64,000 bases of DNA from Synechococcus sp. GTDB taxonomy: Bacteria; Cyanobacteriota; Cyanobacteriia; PCC-6307; Cyanobiaceae. The stretch is taken from positions 1,208,203-1,272,202 of the forward strand of contig JBJBEO010000001.1 of the NCBI GenBank assembly GCA_047284725.1, given 5' to 3'. The notes beneath the pieces are model-generated. The model saw only the letters and a list, made by a program, of their open reading frames with translations, was not told the origin of the DNA and did not search any database. Below, piece after piece: positions 42,241 through 52,651 of the stretch. The position numbers were made by a program, and so were the translations under genes. Position 1 is the stretch's first letter. Each line of letters starts with the position of its first letter.

Positions 42241-43059
42241 ATGACCGGTTCTGTCCAGGCCACCCTCTCTACTATTGCTTCAGACATCTGCTTGTCTCTG
42301 GACAACGTCTCGATCAGCTATGGCGGGTCAGTCGCAGTACGCAATGTTTTCTGCAACATTCCTCGTGGCAAGGTGACTGCCTTTATCGGACCTTCGGGCT
42401 GCGGCAAATCCACTGTCTTGCGATCACTCAATCGCATGAATGATCTGATTGATGGATGCAGCCTCACTGGAAGAGTGCTGTTTGATGGAGCCGACCTTTA
42501 TCATCCACGGATCGATCCGGTGGAAGTGAGGCGTCGTATCGGCATGGTATTTCAACAACCCAACCCCTTCCCAAAGAGTATCTATGAGAACATCGCTTTC
42601 GGAGCCAGGATCAATGGCTTCAGTGGCGATATGGATGAATTGGTTGAACGTTCTCTACGACAAGCTGCTGTTTGGGATGAATGCAAAGACAAGCTGAATG
42701 AAAGCGGTTGTTCCCTCTCAGGTGGACAGCAACAGCGTCTTTGCATTGCGAGGACCATTGCCATCCAACCTGAAGTGATCCTGATGGATGAACCATGCTC
42801 AGCGCTTGACCCTATCTCCACTCTTAAAATCGAAGAGACAATGCATGAGCTCAAGAAGACGTTCACCATTGTGATCGTGACCCACAACATGCAGCAGGCT
42901 GTGCGCGTGAGTGACATGACAGCCTTCTTCAATGCTGAGGCTCAGGATGGAGGGTCGGGAAAGGTGGGTTATCTGGTGGAATTCAATCAAACCGATCAGA
43001 TTTTCAATGCCCCTTCACAACAAGCGACTCAGGACTACGTCTCGGGGCGGTTTGGGTGA
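42241..43059 (+). CDS. pstB: Phosphate ABC transporter ATPase PstB
   Basis: [44 protein letters not shown]. Confidence 0.98.
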   Translation: MTGSVQATLSTIASDICLSLDNVSISYGGSVAVRNVFCNIPRGKVTAFIGPSGCGKSTVLRSLNRMNDLIDGCSLTGRVLFDGADLYHPRIDPVEVRRRIGMVFQQPNPFPKSIYENIAFGARINGFSGDMDELVERSLRQAAVWDECKDKLNESGCSLSGGQQQRLCIARTIAIQPEVILMDEPCSALDPISTLKIEETMHELKKTFTIVIVTHNMQQAVRVSDMTAFFNAEAQDGGSGKVGYLVEFNQTDQIFNAPSQQATQDYVSGRFG

Positions 43060-43167
43060 ATCCCCTTACCGTTCTTGGAGAATACAAACCATTCAGAGAG
43101 ACTTGATTGCATTCGATCGAAAGACAATCACCAAACCATTTCAAATTTTTACGTCTACGACATGATC

Positions 43168-43194
43168 AAAAAAAAACCGGCCCTTGGCCGGTTT
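43168..43194 (-). terminator. Rho-independent terminator downstream of tRNA-Ser
   Basis: AAACCGGCC-CTT-GGCCGGTTT stem; the A9 run on + gives a U-tract on the - strand. Confidence 0.85.
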
Positions 43195-43200
43195 CTTCAG

Positions 43201-43287
43201 CGGAGAGGGAGGGATTCGAACCCTCGATAGAGTTGCCCCTATACAGCATTTCCAGTGCTGCGCCTTCGACCACTCGGCCACCTCTCC
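43201..43287 (-). tRNA. tRNA-Ser(GGA)
   Basis: Reverse complement GGAGAGGTGGCCGAGTGG...CAGCA-CT-GGA-AA-TGCTG, long variable arm, GGTTCGAATCC, acceptor stem CCTCTCC-G; CCA not encoded. Confidence 0.97.
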
Positions 43288-43340
43288 AGCGGCTGACTGA
43301 AGCAATGCGAATGTAGCAGGGCGTTCGCACTCAATCGACC

Positions 43341-43709
43341 ATGCCCCGTAGCCACAGGGTCACCATCCACTGGCGACAGGAGCAGCGAAGCATTACCCAC
43401 GATGTACCCCATGGTGAGTACATCCTGCGTAGTTTCGAACAACAGGGAGATCCACTTCCCTTTTCCTGCCGAAACGGCTGTTGCACGGCCTGCGCCGTGC
43501 GTGTTCTCAGCGGCGAGCTCGATCAGCGTGAAGCGATGGGCCTTTCGAAGGAATTGCGTGCTCAGGGCTATGGCTTGCTGTGTGTGGCCCGCGCGACGAC
43601 AGACCTTGAAGCCGTCACGCAGGATGAAGATGAGGTCTATGACCTTCAGTTCGGCCGCCATTTCGGAAAGGGCCAAATCACAACAGGACTCCCCCTAGAC
43701 GATGAGTGA
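43341..43709 (+). CDS. 2Fe-2S ferredoxin with C-terminal extension (Fed2/FdC2-like)
   Basis: LPFSCRNGCCTAC...LLC; tail DEDEVYDLQFG. Confidence 0.9.
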   Translation: MPRSHRVTIHWRQEQRSITHDVPHGEYILRSFEQQGDPLPFSCRNGCCTACAVRVLSGELDQREAMGLSKELRAQGYGLLCVARATTDLEAVTQDEDEVYDLQFGRHFGKGQITTGLPLDDE

Positions 43710-44598
43710 TGTGACACGCACGCGCTGTGAACGCGTGGCTGACGAGGCGGGTTTATCGCCTGAGGACCTCTCGACCCTGCACCGCACCGCTCGGACAGCG
43801 GCGCAATGCGGAGCAGAGATTCTGATGGCCCATTACGGGCAGCTCAGCAATATCCGCAGCAAGGGACGCCAGGGAGACCTGGTGACTGAAGCCGACGAAG
43901 CCGCTGAGGCGGCAGTTCTACAGCTGTTGAAAGAGACGACTCCACAGATTGGAATCCTTGCAGAGGAATCGGGTCGTTTCGGCGCCGATTCCGGATTGCA
44001 GTGGATGGTGGATCCCCTTGACGGAACGACCAACTTTGCCCATGGCTATCCCTTTTTCGCCACATCGATCGGCCTCTGCTGGAACGCCCGTCCATTGCTC
44101 GGCGCCATCGCCGTTCCCTTTCTCCACCAGGTGTTCCATTGCTGCCCTGGCGTCGGTGCCTTCTGTAACGACGATCCCATCAGGATCTCGGGCTGTGAGG
44201 AATTGGCGGACTCACTGCTGGTGACAGGATTCGCCTACGACCGTCACACCAGACTTGATAACAACTATGCCGAGTTCTGCTGGCTGACCCATCGCACCCA
44301 TGGAGTACGCCGAGGGGGGGCAGCCGCTGTGGACCTGGCCTACGTGGCGGCTGGCCTTCTTGATGGCTACTGGGAACGTGGACTCGCTCCATGGGATCTT
44401 GCCGCCGGTGTTGCCCTCGTTCAGCAGGCTGGTGGAGATGTCAGCGATTACGACGGCAGTCCGTTTGATCTGTGTTCGGGTCGCGTGCTTGCTGCCAATC
44501 CATCCCTCCAAGCCAAGATTTCGCGGGAGTTGAACAAGGTCAAGCCACTATCAGGGGACTCATTCGGTGCACCTGAGCTCGGGCACGTGGGATCCTGA
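43702..44598 (+). CDS. Inositol monophosphatase family protein
   Basis: DLVTEAD, WMVDPLDGTTNF, RRGGAAA.DL, PWDLAAG. Confidence 0.95.
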   Translation: MSDVTRTRCERVADEAGLSPEDLSTLHRTARTAAQCGAEILMAHYGQLSNIRSKGRQGDLVTEADEAAEAAVLQLLKETTPQIGILAEESGRFGADSGLQWMVDPLDGTTNFAHGYPFFATSIGLCWNARPLLGAIAVPFLHQVFHCCPGVGAFCNDDPIRISGCEELADSLLVTGFAYDRHTRLDNNYAEFCWLTHRTHGVRRGGAAAVDLAYVAAGLLDGYWERGLAPWDLAAGVALVQQAGGDVSDYDGSPFDLCSGRVLAANPSLQAKISRELNKVKPLSGDSFGAPELGHVGS

Positions 44599-44620
44599 AG
44601 CAGCTGTAGCTACCACTGGG

Positions 44621-45799
44621 ATGGCCCTGCAACCCGCCTCGGGCGCGCGAGATCTCAACCCTCAGCAGGTGGAGCACAACCAGATCCTGCGTGAACAGCT
44701 TGCCGAGGTCTTTCGGCAATGGGGTTACGACGAGGTGTCCCCGCCCCAGGTGGAGCGGATGGACACCCTCAAGGCGGGAGGTGGCATCAACAGCAATGAC
44801 ATCGTCCGACTTGTTGCTGATGAACCACTGGGGCTGAGGCCTGAGATGACGGCTTCAATCGCCAGAGCTGCCACGACCCGTCTTGCGGAACGATCGCGAC
44901 CATTGCGTCTCTGGTCATCCGGAACCGTGTTCGAAAGCAGAATCAATGATGAAGGGGGGCAGCGCATCGAGGAAAAACTCTTCAGCGGTGTGGAGTTATT
45001 CGGCAGTGGGCAAGTGCACGGCGAATTGGAACTGTTGTCACTGCTGATGGCCTCGTTCGAAGCCCTTCATCTGGTTGCTGACCATCAGGCAAGGCTGTTA
45101 GTAGGCCATGCTGCCTTGATGCAGCTGATGCTCGCTCCCTTTGAAGCCCCGGAGCGTGAGCTGATCAAGCAGGCAATGGTCACTTTTGATCGTTTTGCTC
45201 TCGAAGGTCTCGACATCTCCGAGCTACAGCGTGCACGCTTGGAGCAGCAGCTTGATCTGCGGGGTGAGCCTGGTCTTGTGATCGAGGAACTGCGTCGCTC
45301 CTTTGGTCCACAACCGGTGCTCTCGGACCTGGAACGGTTGTTCAGTCATCTTCAGCCAAGAGCAGACGAACTGGGCATCACACTTCAACTCGATCCAACC
45401 TTTCAGCCCCATTTCGAGCTTTACGACGGCCTTGTCTTTCAGCTGGTGTGTCAAGGATCGTCGGCCCCGATTGTGGTCGCTCGTGGAGGTCGTTACGACA
45501 GTGTTCTGAGACGCTTTGGCGCGAAAGGGGCTGATGCTGCAGGCCTTGGCTTCGGTGTTTGTCTGGATGACGTCCGCGACCTGCCTTCAGCGCACCAACC
45601 CCTTCGACGTGATTCCGACCGCGTTCTGGTGGCCTATGGATCTGGATCCAACCTTGAATCGGCACTGCACCACCAGCGCCGATTCCATCAGGATGGAACT
45701 GCCGCTGTCATCGAACTCAGTCCGCTCAGCAACCAGGAGGAAGCCAAGGCTCTCCTCGGCGAACGCGGCTGTAACAGCCTGCACTGGCTCTCTGACTAA
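44621..45799 (+). CDS. hisZ: ATP phosphoribosyltransferase regulatory subunit
   Basis: MALQPASGARD, LRPEMTASIAR, GVEL, GGRYD (HisRS-like fold). Confidence 0.92.
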   Translation: MALQPASGARDLNPQQVEHNQILREQLAEVFRQWGYDEVSPPQVERMDTLKAGGGINSNDIVRLVADEPLGLRPEMTASIARAATTRLAERSRPLRLWSSGTVFESRINDEGGQRIEEKLFSGVELFGSGQVHGELELLSLLMASFEALHLVADHQARLLVGHAALMQLMLAPFEAPERELIKQAMVTFDRFALEGLDISELQRARLEQQLDLRGEPGLVIEELRRSFGPQPVLSDLERLFSHLQPRADELGITLQLDPTFQPHFELYDGLVFQLVCQGSSAPIVVARGGRYDSVLRRFGAKGADAAGLGFGVCLDDVRDLPSAHQPLRRDSDRVLVAYGSGSNLESALHHQRRFHQDGTAAVIELSPLSNQEEAKALLGERGCNSLHWLSD

Positions 45800-45823
45800 G
45801 ATCACTGCTGCATCGTTGGTTGG

Positions 45824-46048
45824 ATGGCTCACACGATCGTGACGGATGTCTGTGAGGGCATTGCGGATTGCCTGGATGCGTGTCCTGTTGCCTGTATCCA
45901 ACAAGGCAAAGGTCGCAATCAAAAGGGGACAGAGTTCTACTGGATCGATTTCGACACCTGCATCGACTGCGGCATCTGCCTGCAGGTCTGTCCTGTTGAG
46001 GGTGCCATTCTTGCTGAAGAACGGGGCGACTTACAGCGCACACCCTGA
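45824..46048 (+). CDS. Dicluster ferredoxin (probably [3Fe-4S][4Fe-4S])
   Basis: CEGIADCLDACP and CIDCGICLQVCP motifs. Confidence 0.9.
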   Translation: MAHTIVTDVCEGIADCLDACPVACIQQGKGRNQKGTEFYWIDFDTCIDCGICLQVCPVEGAILAEERGDLQRTP

Positions 46049-46137
46049 TTTAAGGCTGGGTGTACGGAGACCTCGCCATGGCAGGGCTTGAGTCAGTGGC
46101 AACGACTCACTAAGTTCATTGCAATTGTTGCCTTGCC

Positions 46138-48042
46138 ATGACCGTGCTGGAACAGGGTCAGATCCAGATTCATACTGAAAATATCTTTCCAATTATCAAA
46201 AAAGCGGTTTATTCCGGTCACGAAGTCTTTCTCCGTGAACTTGTCAGCAATGCTGCCGATGCCATCAGCAAGCGCCGCATGGCAGCGATGGCAGGCGATT
46301 GCAGTGAAGGAGATGATGGCAAGATCTCGATCAGTATTGATCGAGAGAAGAAGATTGTAACGATTACAGATAACGGAATCGGCATGACTGCCGACGAAGT
46401 CAAGCGTTATATCAACCAAGTCGCTTTTTCAAGCGCTGAAGACTTTCTGCAAAAATACAAGCAAGAAAACGATGCGATCATCGGCCATTTTGGCCTTGGA
46501 TTTTATTCTAGCTTCATGGTTGCAAGAGAAGTTGAGTTGGTGACTCGATCTGCCCGCCCCGACAGTGAAGCAGTCCGCTGGCGTTGCGACGGATCACCCA
46601 ACTTCAGCCTTGAAGCTTGCGAGCGGTCCGATGCAGGAACCGATGTGATCCTGCATCTGATGGAAGATGAACTCGAATACCTCGAACCGGCACGGCTTCG
46701 TACTCTGATTAAGCAGTACTGTGATTTCATGCCAGTAAGCGTTGAGCTTGAAGGCGAATCAGTCAACAAAAAAGAAGCACCTTGGCGTCGATCACCACGA
46801 GAACTGACTGATGAAGATTATATCGAGCTCTATCGCTACCTCTACCCATTCCAAGGAGACCCTTTATTGTGGGTTCACCTGAATACAGATTACCCTTATG
46901 CCCTTCAGGGTATTCTTTTCTTCCCTAAAGTGAGTGGTCGCGCTGATTGGGAAAAGGGTGAAATTCGTCTCTACTGTAATCAGGTTTTTGTCAGCGACTC
47001 GATCAAGGAGATCGTCCCTCGTTACCTGTTGCCACTGAGGGGTGTCATTGACTCACCAGACATCCCACTTAATGTCAGTCGCAGCGCATTGCAAACCGAT
47101 CGACGTGTTCGATCGATAGGAAATTTCGTTTCCAAAAAGGTCGCTGATCGCTTGCGCAGCTTGAAGACTGATAGCCCCCAGGCCTATGCCGAGGCATGGG
47201 AGGCCCTGGCGCCCTTTGTAAAAATTGGGGCAATGGAGGATGAAAAATTCGCAGAACAAGTGAGCGAACTCGTTCTCTTCGGAACCACCGCGTCTCCTTC
47301 CCCAACGGAAGGAGATGAGCCGTTCCAAGCTGGGCAGAAGGCTTTCACCACGCTTGCGAGTTACCAGACCCGTCAGGAGAGCGACAGCGCCAACAGAATT
47401 CTCTATTGCACCGATGAAATTGCTCAGGCTGGTGCTCTCAGCCTCTGGAAGGGGCAAGGAGCCGAGGTGTTGCTCGCTGAAACGGTGATCGACAGTCAGT
47501 TCATTCCCTGGCTCGAGTCGAAGCACGACAACCTCAAGTTTCAACGGGTCGATGCCGAGCTAGACGACAGCCTCAGGGATGAAGAACCAGATTTGAGCGA
47601 TAAAGATGGTGAAACCCAGTCGGAGTCACTGCGCTCCCTGATCAAAGGTGCCCTCAACAATGACAAGGTCACGATTCAGATTCAGGCTCTGAAAGGCGGA
47701 CCCGACGCGCCTGCTGCACTGATCTTGCTGCCCGAGCAGATGCGACGGATGAACGACATCGGGGCTCTGATGGACCAGCGTTTGCCTGGATTGCCCGATC
47801 ATCACGTCCTGCTTGTCAACCGACGCCACCCGCTCGTGGAAGGGATGGTCAAGCTCAGCGCTGGCAGCATTGTGGTAGGCCAGGAGGGGCAATCTCCAAG
47901 TCAGCAACTGGCCGATTCCATGGCTCACCATCTGTATGACATGGCACGGCTGTCAGTTGGGGGCCTGGAACCAAACGAACTGGCTGGTTTCCAGACCCGA
48001 ACCACGCACCTGATGGCACAGTTGATGGAAAGGGGTCTCTAG
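46138..48042 (+). CDS. htpG: Hsp90 chaperone HtpG
   Basis: FLRELVSNA.DA, DNGIGMT, IGHFGLGFYS, PLNVSRS. Confidence 0.98.
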   Translation: MTVLEQGQIQIHTENIFPIIKKAVYSGHEVFLRELVSNAADAISKRRMAAMAGDCSEGDDGKISISIDREKKIVTITDNGIGMTADEVKRYINQVAFSSAEDFLQKYKQENDAIIGHFGLGFYSSFMVAREVELVTRSARPDSEAVRWRCDGSPNFSLEACERSDAGTDVILHLMEDELEYLEPARLRTLIKQYCDFMPVSVELEGESVNKKEAPWRRSPRELTDEDYIELYRYLYPFQGDPLLWVHLNTDYPYALQGILFFPKVSGRADWEKGEIRLYCNQVFVSDSIKEIVPRYLLPLRGVIDSPDIPLNVSRSALQTDRRVRSIGNFVSKKVADRLRSLKTDSPQAYAEAWEALAPFVKIGAMEDEKFAEQVSELVLFGTTASPSPTEGDEPFQAGQKAFTTLASYQTRQESDSANRILYCTDEIAQAGALSLWKGQGAEVLLAETVIDSQFIPWLESKHDNLKFQRVDAELDDSLRDEEPDLSDKDGETQSESLRSLIKGALNNDKVTIQIQALKGGPDAPAALILLPEQMRRMNDIGALMDQRLPGLPDHHVLLVNRRHPLVEGMVKLSAGSIVVGQEGQSPSQQLADSMAHHLYDMARLSVGGLEPNELAGFQTRTTHLMAQLMERGL

Positions 48043-48104
48043 CAGTCCCCTTTTGATAGAATTGAAGCTTGGCTTTACGCCACCGCTCTAAAGGAACGTC
48101 AATC

Positions 48105-48341
48105 ATGTCTCGGGTGTGTCAGCTCACCGGTACACGGGCTAACAACGGCATGGCCGTGAGCCACTCCCATATCCGCACCAAGAAGCTTCAGCAGGCCAAT
48201 CTGCAGCAGCGTCGTCTCTGGTGGGCCGAAGGAAACCGTTGGGTGAAGCTACGTGTCACGACCCGTGCACTCAAGACGATTCAAAAGAAGGGTTTGGGCG
48301 CCTACGCCCGTTCTCTGGGAGTGGACCTCAGCAAGTTCTGA
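48105..48341 (+). CDS. rpmB: 50S ribosomal protein L28
   Basis: [27 protein letters not shown]. Confidence 0.98.
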   Translation: MSRVCQLTGTRANNGMAVSHSHIRTKKLQQANLQQRRLWWAEGNRWVKLRVTTRALKTIQKKGLGAYARSLGVDLSKF

Positions 48342-48383
48342 ATTCTTTTAGGATTTACTCAATCAAAAGCCCAAACCCACAGA

Positions 48384-48941
48384 ATGAACCGACGTCGCTT
48401 TTTGAATCGGTTATCTGTTTTTGGGCTTTTTTTATGGTTTGCCAAACCGAGTGCTGCCTTAGGCGGTCCTGCTTTCAATCCAGGCAGTCAAGCTCCAGCA
48501 TTTCGACTGCAAGGCACCACCAGAGATTCCAACCAACCTAGAGAATGGACACTTGGTGACCTACGAGGTCGTTGGATTGTCTTGTATTTCTATCCGCGGG
48601 ATTTCACATCTGGCTGCACGATTGAAGCCCATGGCTTCCAGACAATGAATCAGCAGTTTGAGGATATTGGCGCCTCCATTGTCGGCATCAGCGCCGATGC
48701 AGTCGAAGACCATGCTTCCTTTTGCAGCTCAGAAGAACTTGATTTCCTTTTGCTGTCTGACATTGGCGGCTCTGTGAGCAAAGCCTATGGATCATGGATG
48801 GCTCCTTACTCGCTCCGTCACACCTTTCTCATCGACCCTGAGGGCCTGATTCAAAGGGAGTGGAGAGGTGTTCGCCCGACCGGTCACGCAAGAGAAGTCT
48901 TCGATACGCTGCGGGTGTTGCAGAGCGAAGCATCTGTTTGA
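48384..48941 (+). CDS. Peroxiredoxin Q/BCP with Tat-like signal
   Basis: LYFYPRDFTSGCTIEA; N-terminal RRRFL plus hydrophobic stretch. Confidence 0.92.
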   Translation: MNRRRFLNRLSVFGLFLWFAKPSAALGGPAFNPGSQAPAFRLQGTTRDSNQPREWTLGDLRGRWIVLYFYPRDFTSGCTIEAHGFQTMNQQFEDIGASIVGISADAVEDHASFCSSEELDFLLLSDIGGSVSKAYGSWMAPYSLRHTFLIDPEGLIQREWRGVRPTGHAREVFDTLRVLQSEASV

Positions 48942-49013
48942 CAAACAACTGCTTTTAAGGAAGGGTGGAGAAAGGGACAGTACATTGACCCTAAACGGTT
49001 TCGGATTTTTTTT

Positions 49014-50507
49014 ATGCAGCGAGAGGAAGGAAGAAGCTCTTTTATTCTTTTGTATCATAGGACTCCTTTTGATGAAGTTATAGACGGAAACGGAAATCGC
49101 AGCTGGGCAGATCAGAAGAGCCCAAACGGAATTATTCCAACCCTCAGAAATCTTTTCAGAAGCCATATCGACGGCACCTGGATTGCCTGGCGCGAAGTGA
49201 CTGAGGGAGATGATAGTGGTGACGAAAGAATTGCCATGGAGAAACCAGCCAGTTTCACGCTCAGGCGGATTCCACTTGAGAAATACCAAATATCGAGCTT
49301 TTACCATGTGACATCCAAGGAATCATTCTGGCCGATCCTCCACACCTTTCCGACGTATTTCAACGTCAACAATGCTGATTGGAGCATTTTTGAAGAGGTT
49401 AATCGGCGTTTCGCCGAAGCTGCTTGCAAAGAAGCTGCGAAAGAAGCCACTGTTTGGATTCATGACTACAATTTATGGCTAGCGCCAGGATATATTCGCC
49501 AACGACGTCCGGATCTCAAAATTGCTTTTTTTCACCATACACCATTCCCGAGCAATGATGTTTTCGCCATTCTTCCATGGCGTCAACAAATACTTGAAAG
49601 TTTGTTGAGTTGCGATATGGTTGGATTTCACATTCCTCGCTATACCGAAAACTTTGCTCGTGCCTCCAATTGCTTGTTAGGTGCACAAAAAGGCCCTAAA
49701 CGAGAGGTCAATCCTCGTTTTCTCACCACAGGTACTGCGCTCACGGAGCCCTCTGAAACCCCCTGGCTGACCTACCGAGGCCGCACGATTCAATTGCTGT
49801 CCTCTCCAGTCGGCACTTCACCCGATGTTATTCAGTCCTTGGTGGCCGACCAGGAGATCAAAGACCTTGGGGCAAGAATTGAAGAAGACACACGCAAAGG
49901 TCGCAAACTCATCCTTTCTGCCAGCAGAGTCGATTACACCAAGGGAAATGAAGAGCTTCTGCTGGCCTTCGAACGTCTATTGGAACGACGCTGCGATCTT
50001 CATGGTCAGGTTGTTCTCATGTTGGCATGCGTGTCTGCGGCGAGTGGAATGAAAATCTATGAAGACACTCAACGCTCAATTGAAGAAATGGCAGGTCGGA
50101 TTAATGGTCGATTCAGCTTGATCGACTGGGTTCCTATCCGTTTCTCAACCAGGAGAATCCCCTATGAGGAGATGGTGGCATGGTTCACACAATCAGATAT
50201 CTGTTGGATCACCCCATTGCGTGACGGATTGAATCTAGTTGCCAAAGAGTACGCAGCTGCCCGTCAGGATCAGGGAGGCGTACTTGTGCTATCTGAGTTC
50301 ACGGGTGCTTCAGTTGTCTTGGATGGTGCGGTCCTGACCAACCCATACTCACACCGGCGTATGGATGAGGCCATTGAACAGGCGCTCGAGATGCCTTTGG
50401 AGGAGCAAAAACGACGCATGCGAACCATGGCGAATGCCGTCGAATCATTTACCGTTCAGGACTGGGCTGAGGAACAAATGGGTGGGCTGGAACTCACTCC
50501 ACGATGA
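49014..50507 (+). CDS. ggpS: Glucosylglycerol-phosphate synthase (GT20)
   Basis: ILLYHRTP, SPNGIIPTL, WIHDYNLW, FFHHTPFP, RVDYTKG, DGLNLVAKE. Confidence 0.93.
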   Translation: MQREEGRSSFILLYHRTPFDEVIDGNGNRSWADQKSPNGIIPTLRNLFRSHIDGTWIAWREVTEGDDSGDERIAMEKPASFTLRRIPLEKYQISSFYHVTSKESFWPILHTFPTYFNVNNADWSIFEEVNRRFAEAACKEAAKEATVWIHDYNLWLAPGYIRQRRPDLKIAFFHHTPFPSNDVFAILPWRQQILESLLSCDMVGFHIPRYTENFARASNCLLGAQKGPKREVNPRFLTTGTALTEPSETPWLTYRGRTIQLLSSPVGTSPDVIQSLVADQEIKDLGARIEEDTRKGRKLILSASRVDYTKGNEELLLAFERLLERRCDLHGQVVLMLACVSAASGMKIYEDTQRSIEEMAGRINGRFSLIDWVPIRFSTRRIPYEEMVAWFTQSDICWITPLRDGLNLVAKEYAAARQDQGGVLVLSEFTGASVVLDGAVLTNPYSHRRMDEAIEQALEMPLEEQKRRMRTMANAVESFTVQDWAEEQMGGLELTPR

Positions 50508-51790
50508 GAAACCGTTCTCGGCAACGATTCCGGCTGCTGGCACTGGCAGTCGTTGTTTCAATTTTGATGATTCCGTCGGGATGGTTCTGGGCCCATGCAA
50601 GAACGATTCAGCAAGTCAGCATTCTGATGCCTGCTCCCTTCGCGGAGGCGAGCAAAGCCTTGATCAGAGAATTCAACCAGAAGCATCGGGGTGAGATTCA
50701 CCTCAATGCGGTGCGGGGACCGCTGGAAACAGAAGCCATTTCTGATCTGGCGATCAGCAGCTTGTTGCTCGGTGATGCTCCGTTTGATGCCCTTTTGATG
50801 GATGTCACCTGGCTGCCGAAATATGCTGCTGCAGGTTGGCTGGTCCCTCTTGATCCCTGGTTCACTGCCTCCGATGTGAACGCTCTTGCATCGGGAGCGC
50901 GGGAGGGAAATTCCTACGACGGTGCCTTGTATCGCTGGCCATTCACAGCCGACATGGGTCTGCTCTACTGGCGCACCGATCTGATGGACGAGCCTCCGAC
51001 CACACCAGAGCAGTTGGTTGAAGTCAGTCAATCCTTACAACAACAAGCTCGAGTTCCTTGGGGATATGTGTGGCAAGGTCGTCAATATGAAGGCCTCAGT
51101 TGTGTTTTTCTGGAGTTGATTGAGGGTTTTGGTGGCTTCTGGATGCAACCCGAAACTGGCGCGATTGGCCTTGATCAGCCAGCAGGATTGAAGGCATCAA
51201 CCTGGCTGCGAAATCTGATCACTTCTGGAGTGAGTCCCCAGGCTGTCACCAACTACGCCGAATCTGAAGCCTTGCAGAGTTTCAAGGTGGGTGATGCTGC
51301 ATTTATGCGCAACTGGCCTTATGCCTGGGCCGAACTCCAGAAACCAGATAGTGCCGTCAAAGGACATGTCGGTGTGACGACCATGGTGGCTGAACCGGGG
51401 TCACCACCAACTGCCACCCTTGGAAGCTGGGGCATGGCGATCCTTCGAACCAGCTCTCATCGTGAGGCAACTGCTGAGGCGATTCGCTTTCTTACATCCG
51501 AGGATTCTCAGAAGAAGCTTTATCTCAACTATGGCTACACTCCTACCATTGAGAAATTGTTCAGTGATCCTGAGTTAACAGCCGACAATCCCATCCTTCC
51601 TGATCTTCTGGATGCACTGAAGTACACACGATCTCGGCCAGAAACACCGCTTTATGCCCAGTTCAGCGATGTCTTACAACGCGACTTGAGCGGAGTGCTC
51701 ACAGGAGAACGCTCGCCTGTGGACGGGATGAAGCAGGCCACAACCACAAGTCGAACCATCCTGCGATCTGCTGGTGAGGTGCGTCCGTGA
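50504..51790 (+). CDS. Carbohydrate ABC transporter substrate-binding protein
   Basis: MDVTW..YAAAGWL, GLLYWRTDL, WQGRQYEGL, AFMRNWPY. Confidence 0.92.
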   Translation: MRNRSRQRFRLLALAVVVSILMIPSGWFWAHARTIQQVSILMPAPFAEASKALIREFNQKHRGEIHLNAVRGPLETEAISDLAISSLLLGDAPFDALLMDVTWLPKYAAAGWLVPLDPWFTASDVNALASGAREGNSYDGALYRWPFTADMGLLYWRTDLMDEPPTTPEQLVEVSQSLQQQARVPWGYVWQGRQYEGLSCVFLELIEGFGGFWMQPETGAIGLDQPAGLKASTWLRNLITSGVSPQAVTNYAESEALQSFKVGDAAFMRNWPYAWAELQKPDSAVKGHVGVTTMVAEPGSPPTATLGSWGMAILRTSSHREATAEAIRFLTSEDSQKKLYLNYGYTPTIEKLFSDPELTADNPILPDLLDALKYTRSRPETPLYAQFSDVLQRDLSGVLTGERSPVDGMKQATTTSRTILRSAGEVRP

Positions 51791-52647
51791 CATTACTTCT
51801 GCTTCCCGCAGCCCTGCTACTCGGAATGGTCTTTGTGCTGCCGTTGCTCCGTTATCTCTGGCTGAGTGGTCATGCAGATTCCGTTCTCACCGGATTTGTG
51901 GCCGTTCCCAATCAGGGAGCCAACTGGCTTCGCTTGCTGAACGATGCGCGTTTCTGGCAAGACGCCCTTCAGACATTGCGTTTTGCGTTCGTATCAGTTG
52001 GTCTTGAGCTGCTACTTGCTCTCGCAATTGCACTGCTGCTCGATCAGCGTTGGCGCGGCAGAGGGGCCGTTCGGGCCTTCACGCTGATTCCATGGGCACT
52101 GCCCACCACAGTGATGGCACTGGGTTGGCGGTGGATCTTCAATACCCCCTACGGTCCGGTTGAGCAAGCAGCTGGATTGCTTGGTTTGCCAGCCCTGAAC
52201 ATCCTCTCCAGCCCCTCAATCACCTGGATCGCCACAGTGTTTGGCGATGTCTGGAAAACCACTCCTTTTGCGGCCTTAATCCTTCTTGCTGGTCTTCAGA
52301 CCATCCCCTCAGATCTCTACGAGGCATTCAAACTCGAAGGGGCAGGACCCTATGCATGTTTCCGGCGTATCACCCTGCCTCTTCTGCAGCCTTACATCGC
52401 ATTGGCTTTGCTTTTCCGTTTGGCACAGGCCTTCGGAGTCTTTGATCTCATCCAGGTGATGACTGGGGGTGGGCCTGCGGGCAGTACGGAAAGTCTGGCT
52501 CTCTATGCGTATCTCAACGCCATGCGCTTCCTTGACTTCGGCTACAGCGCCACCGTGATGATGGGTAGTTTTCTGTTGCTGATCATGCTCTGTCTGGGGT
52601 TCTGGTTCATGTTGCAGCGGGTGCAACGTCGCCCTGGGGAGGCTTGA
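51787..52647 (+). CDS. Carbohydrate ABC transporter permease
   Basis: PWALP, WKTTPF, LYEA..EGA loop, FDLI.VMTGGGP. Confidence 0.93.
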   Translation: MTLLLLPAALLLGMVFVLPLLRYLWLSGHADSVLTGFVAVPNQGANWLRLLNDARFWQDALQTLRFAFVSVGLELLLALAIALLLDQRWRGRGAVRAFTLIPWALPTTVMALGWRWIFNTPYGPVEQAAGLLGLPALNILSSPSITWIATVFGDVWKTTPFAALILLAGLQTIPSDLYEAFKLEGAGPYACFRRITLPLLQPYIALALLFRLAQAFGVFDLIQVMTGGGPAGSTESLALYAYLNAMRFLDFGYSATVMMGSFLLLIMLCLGFWFMLQRVQRRPGEA

Positions 52648-52651
52648 GCTG

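Noticed and set aside
40326..43287. pstCAB as a genomic island integrated at tRNA-Ser
   Set aside because: Somewhat lower GC (28/60 at 41341-41400), but no integrase, no duplicate of the tRNA 3' end seen, and the genes are housekeeping
48979..48992. AGTAC half-site upstream of ggpS as a LexA box
   Set aside because: The second half-site (GTWC at the right spacing) is absent
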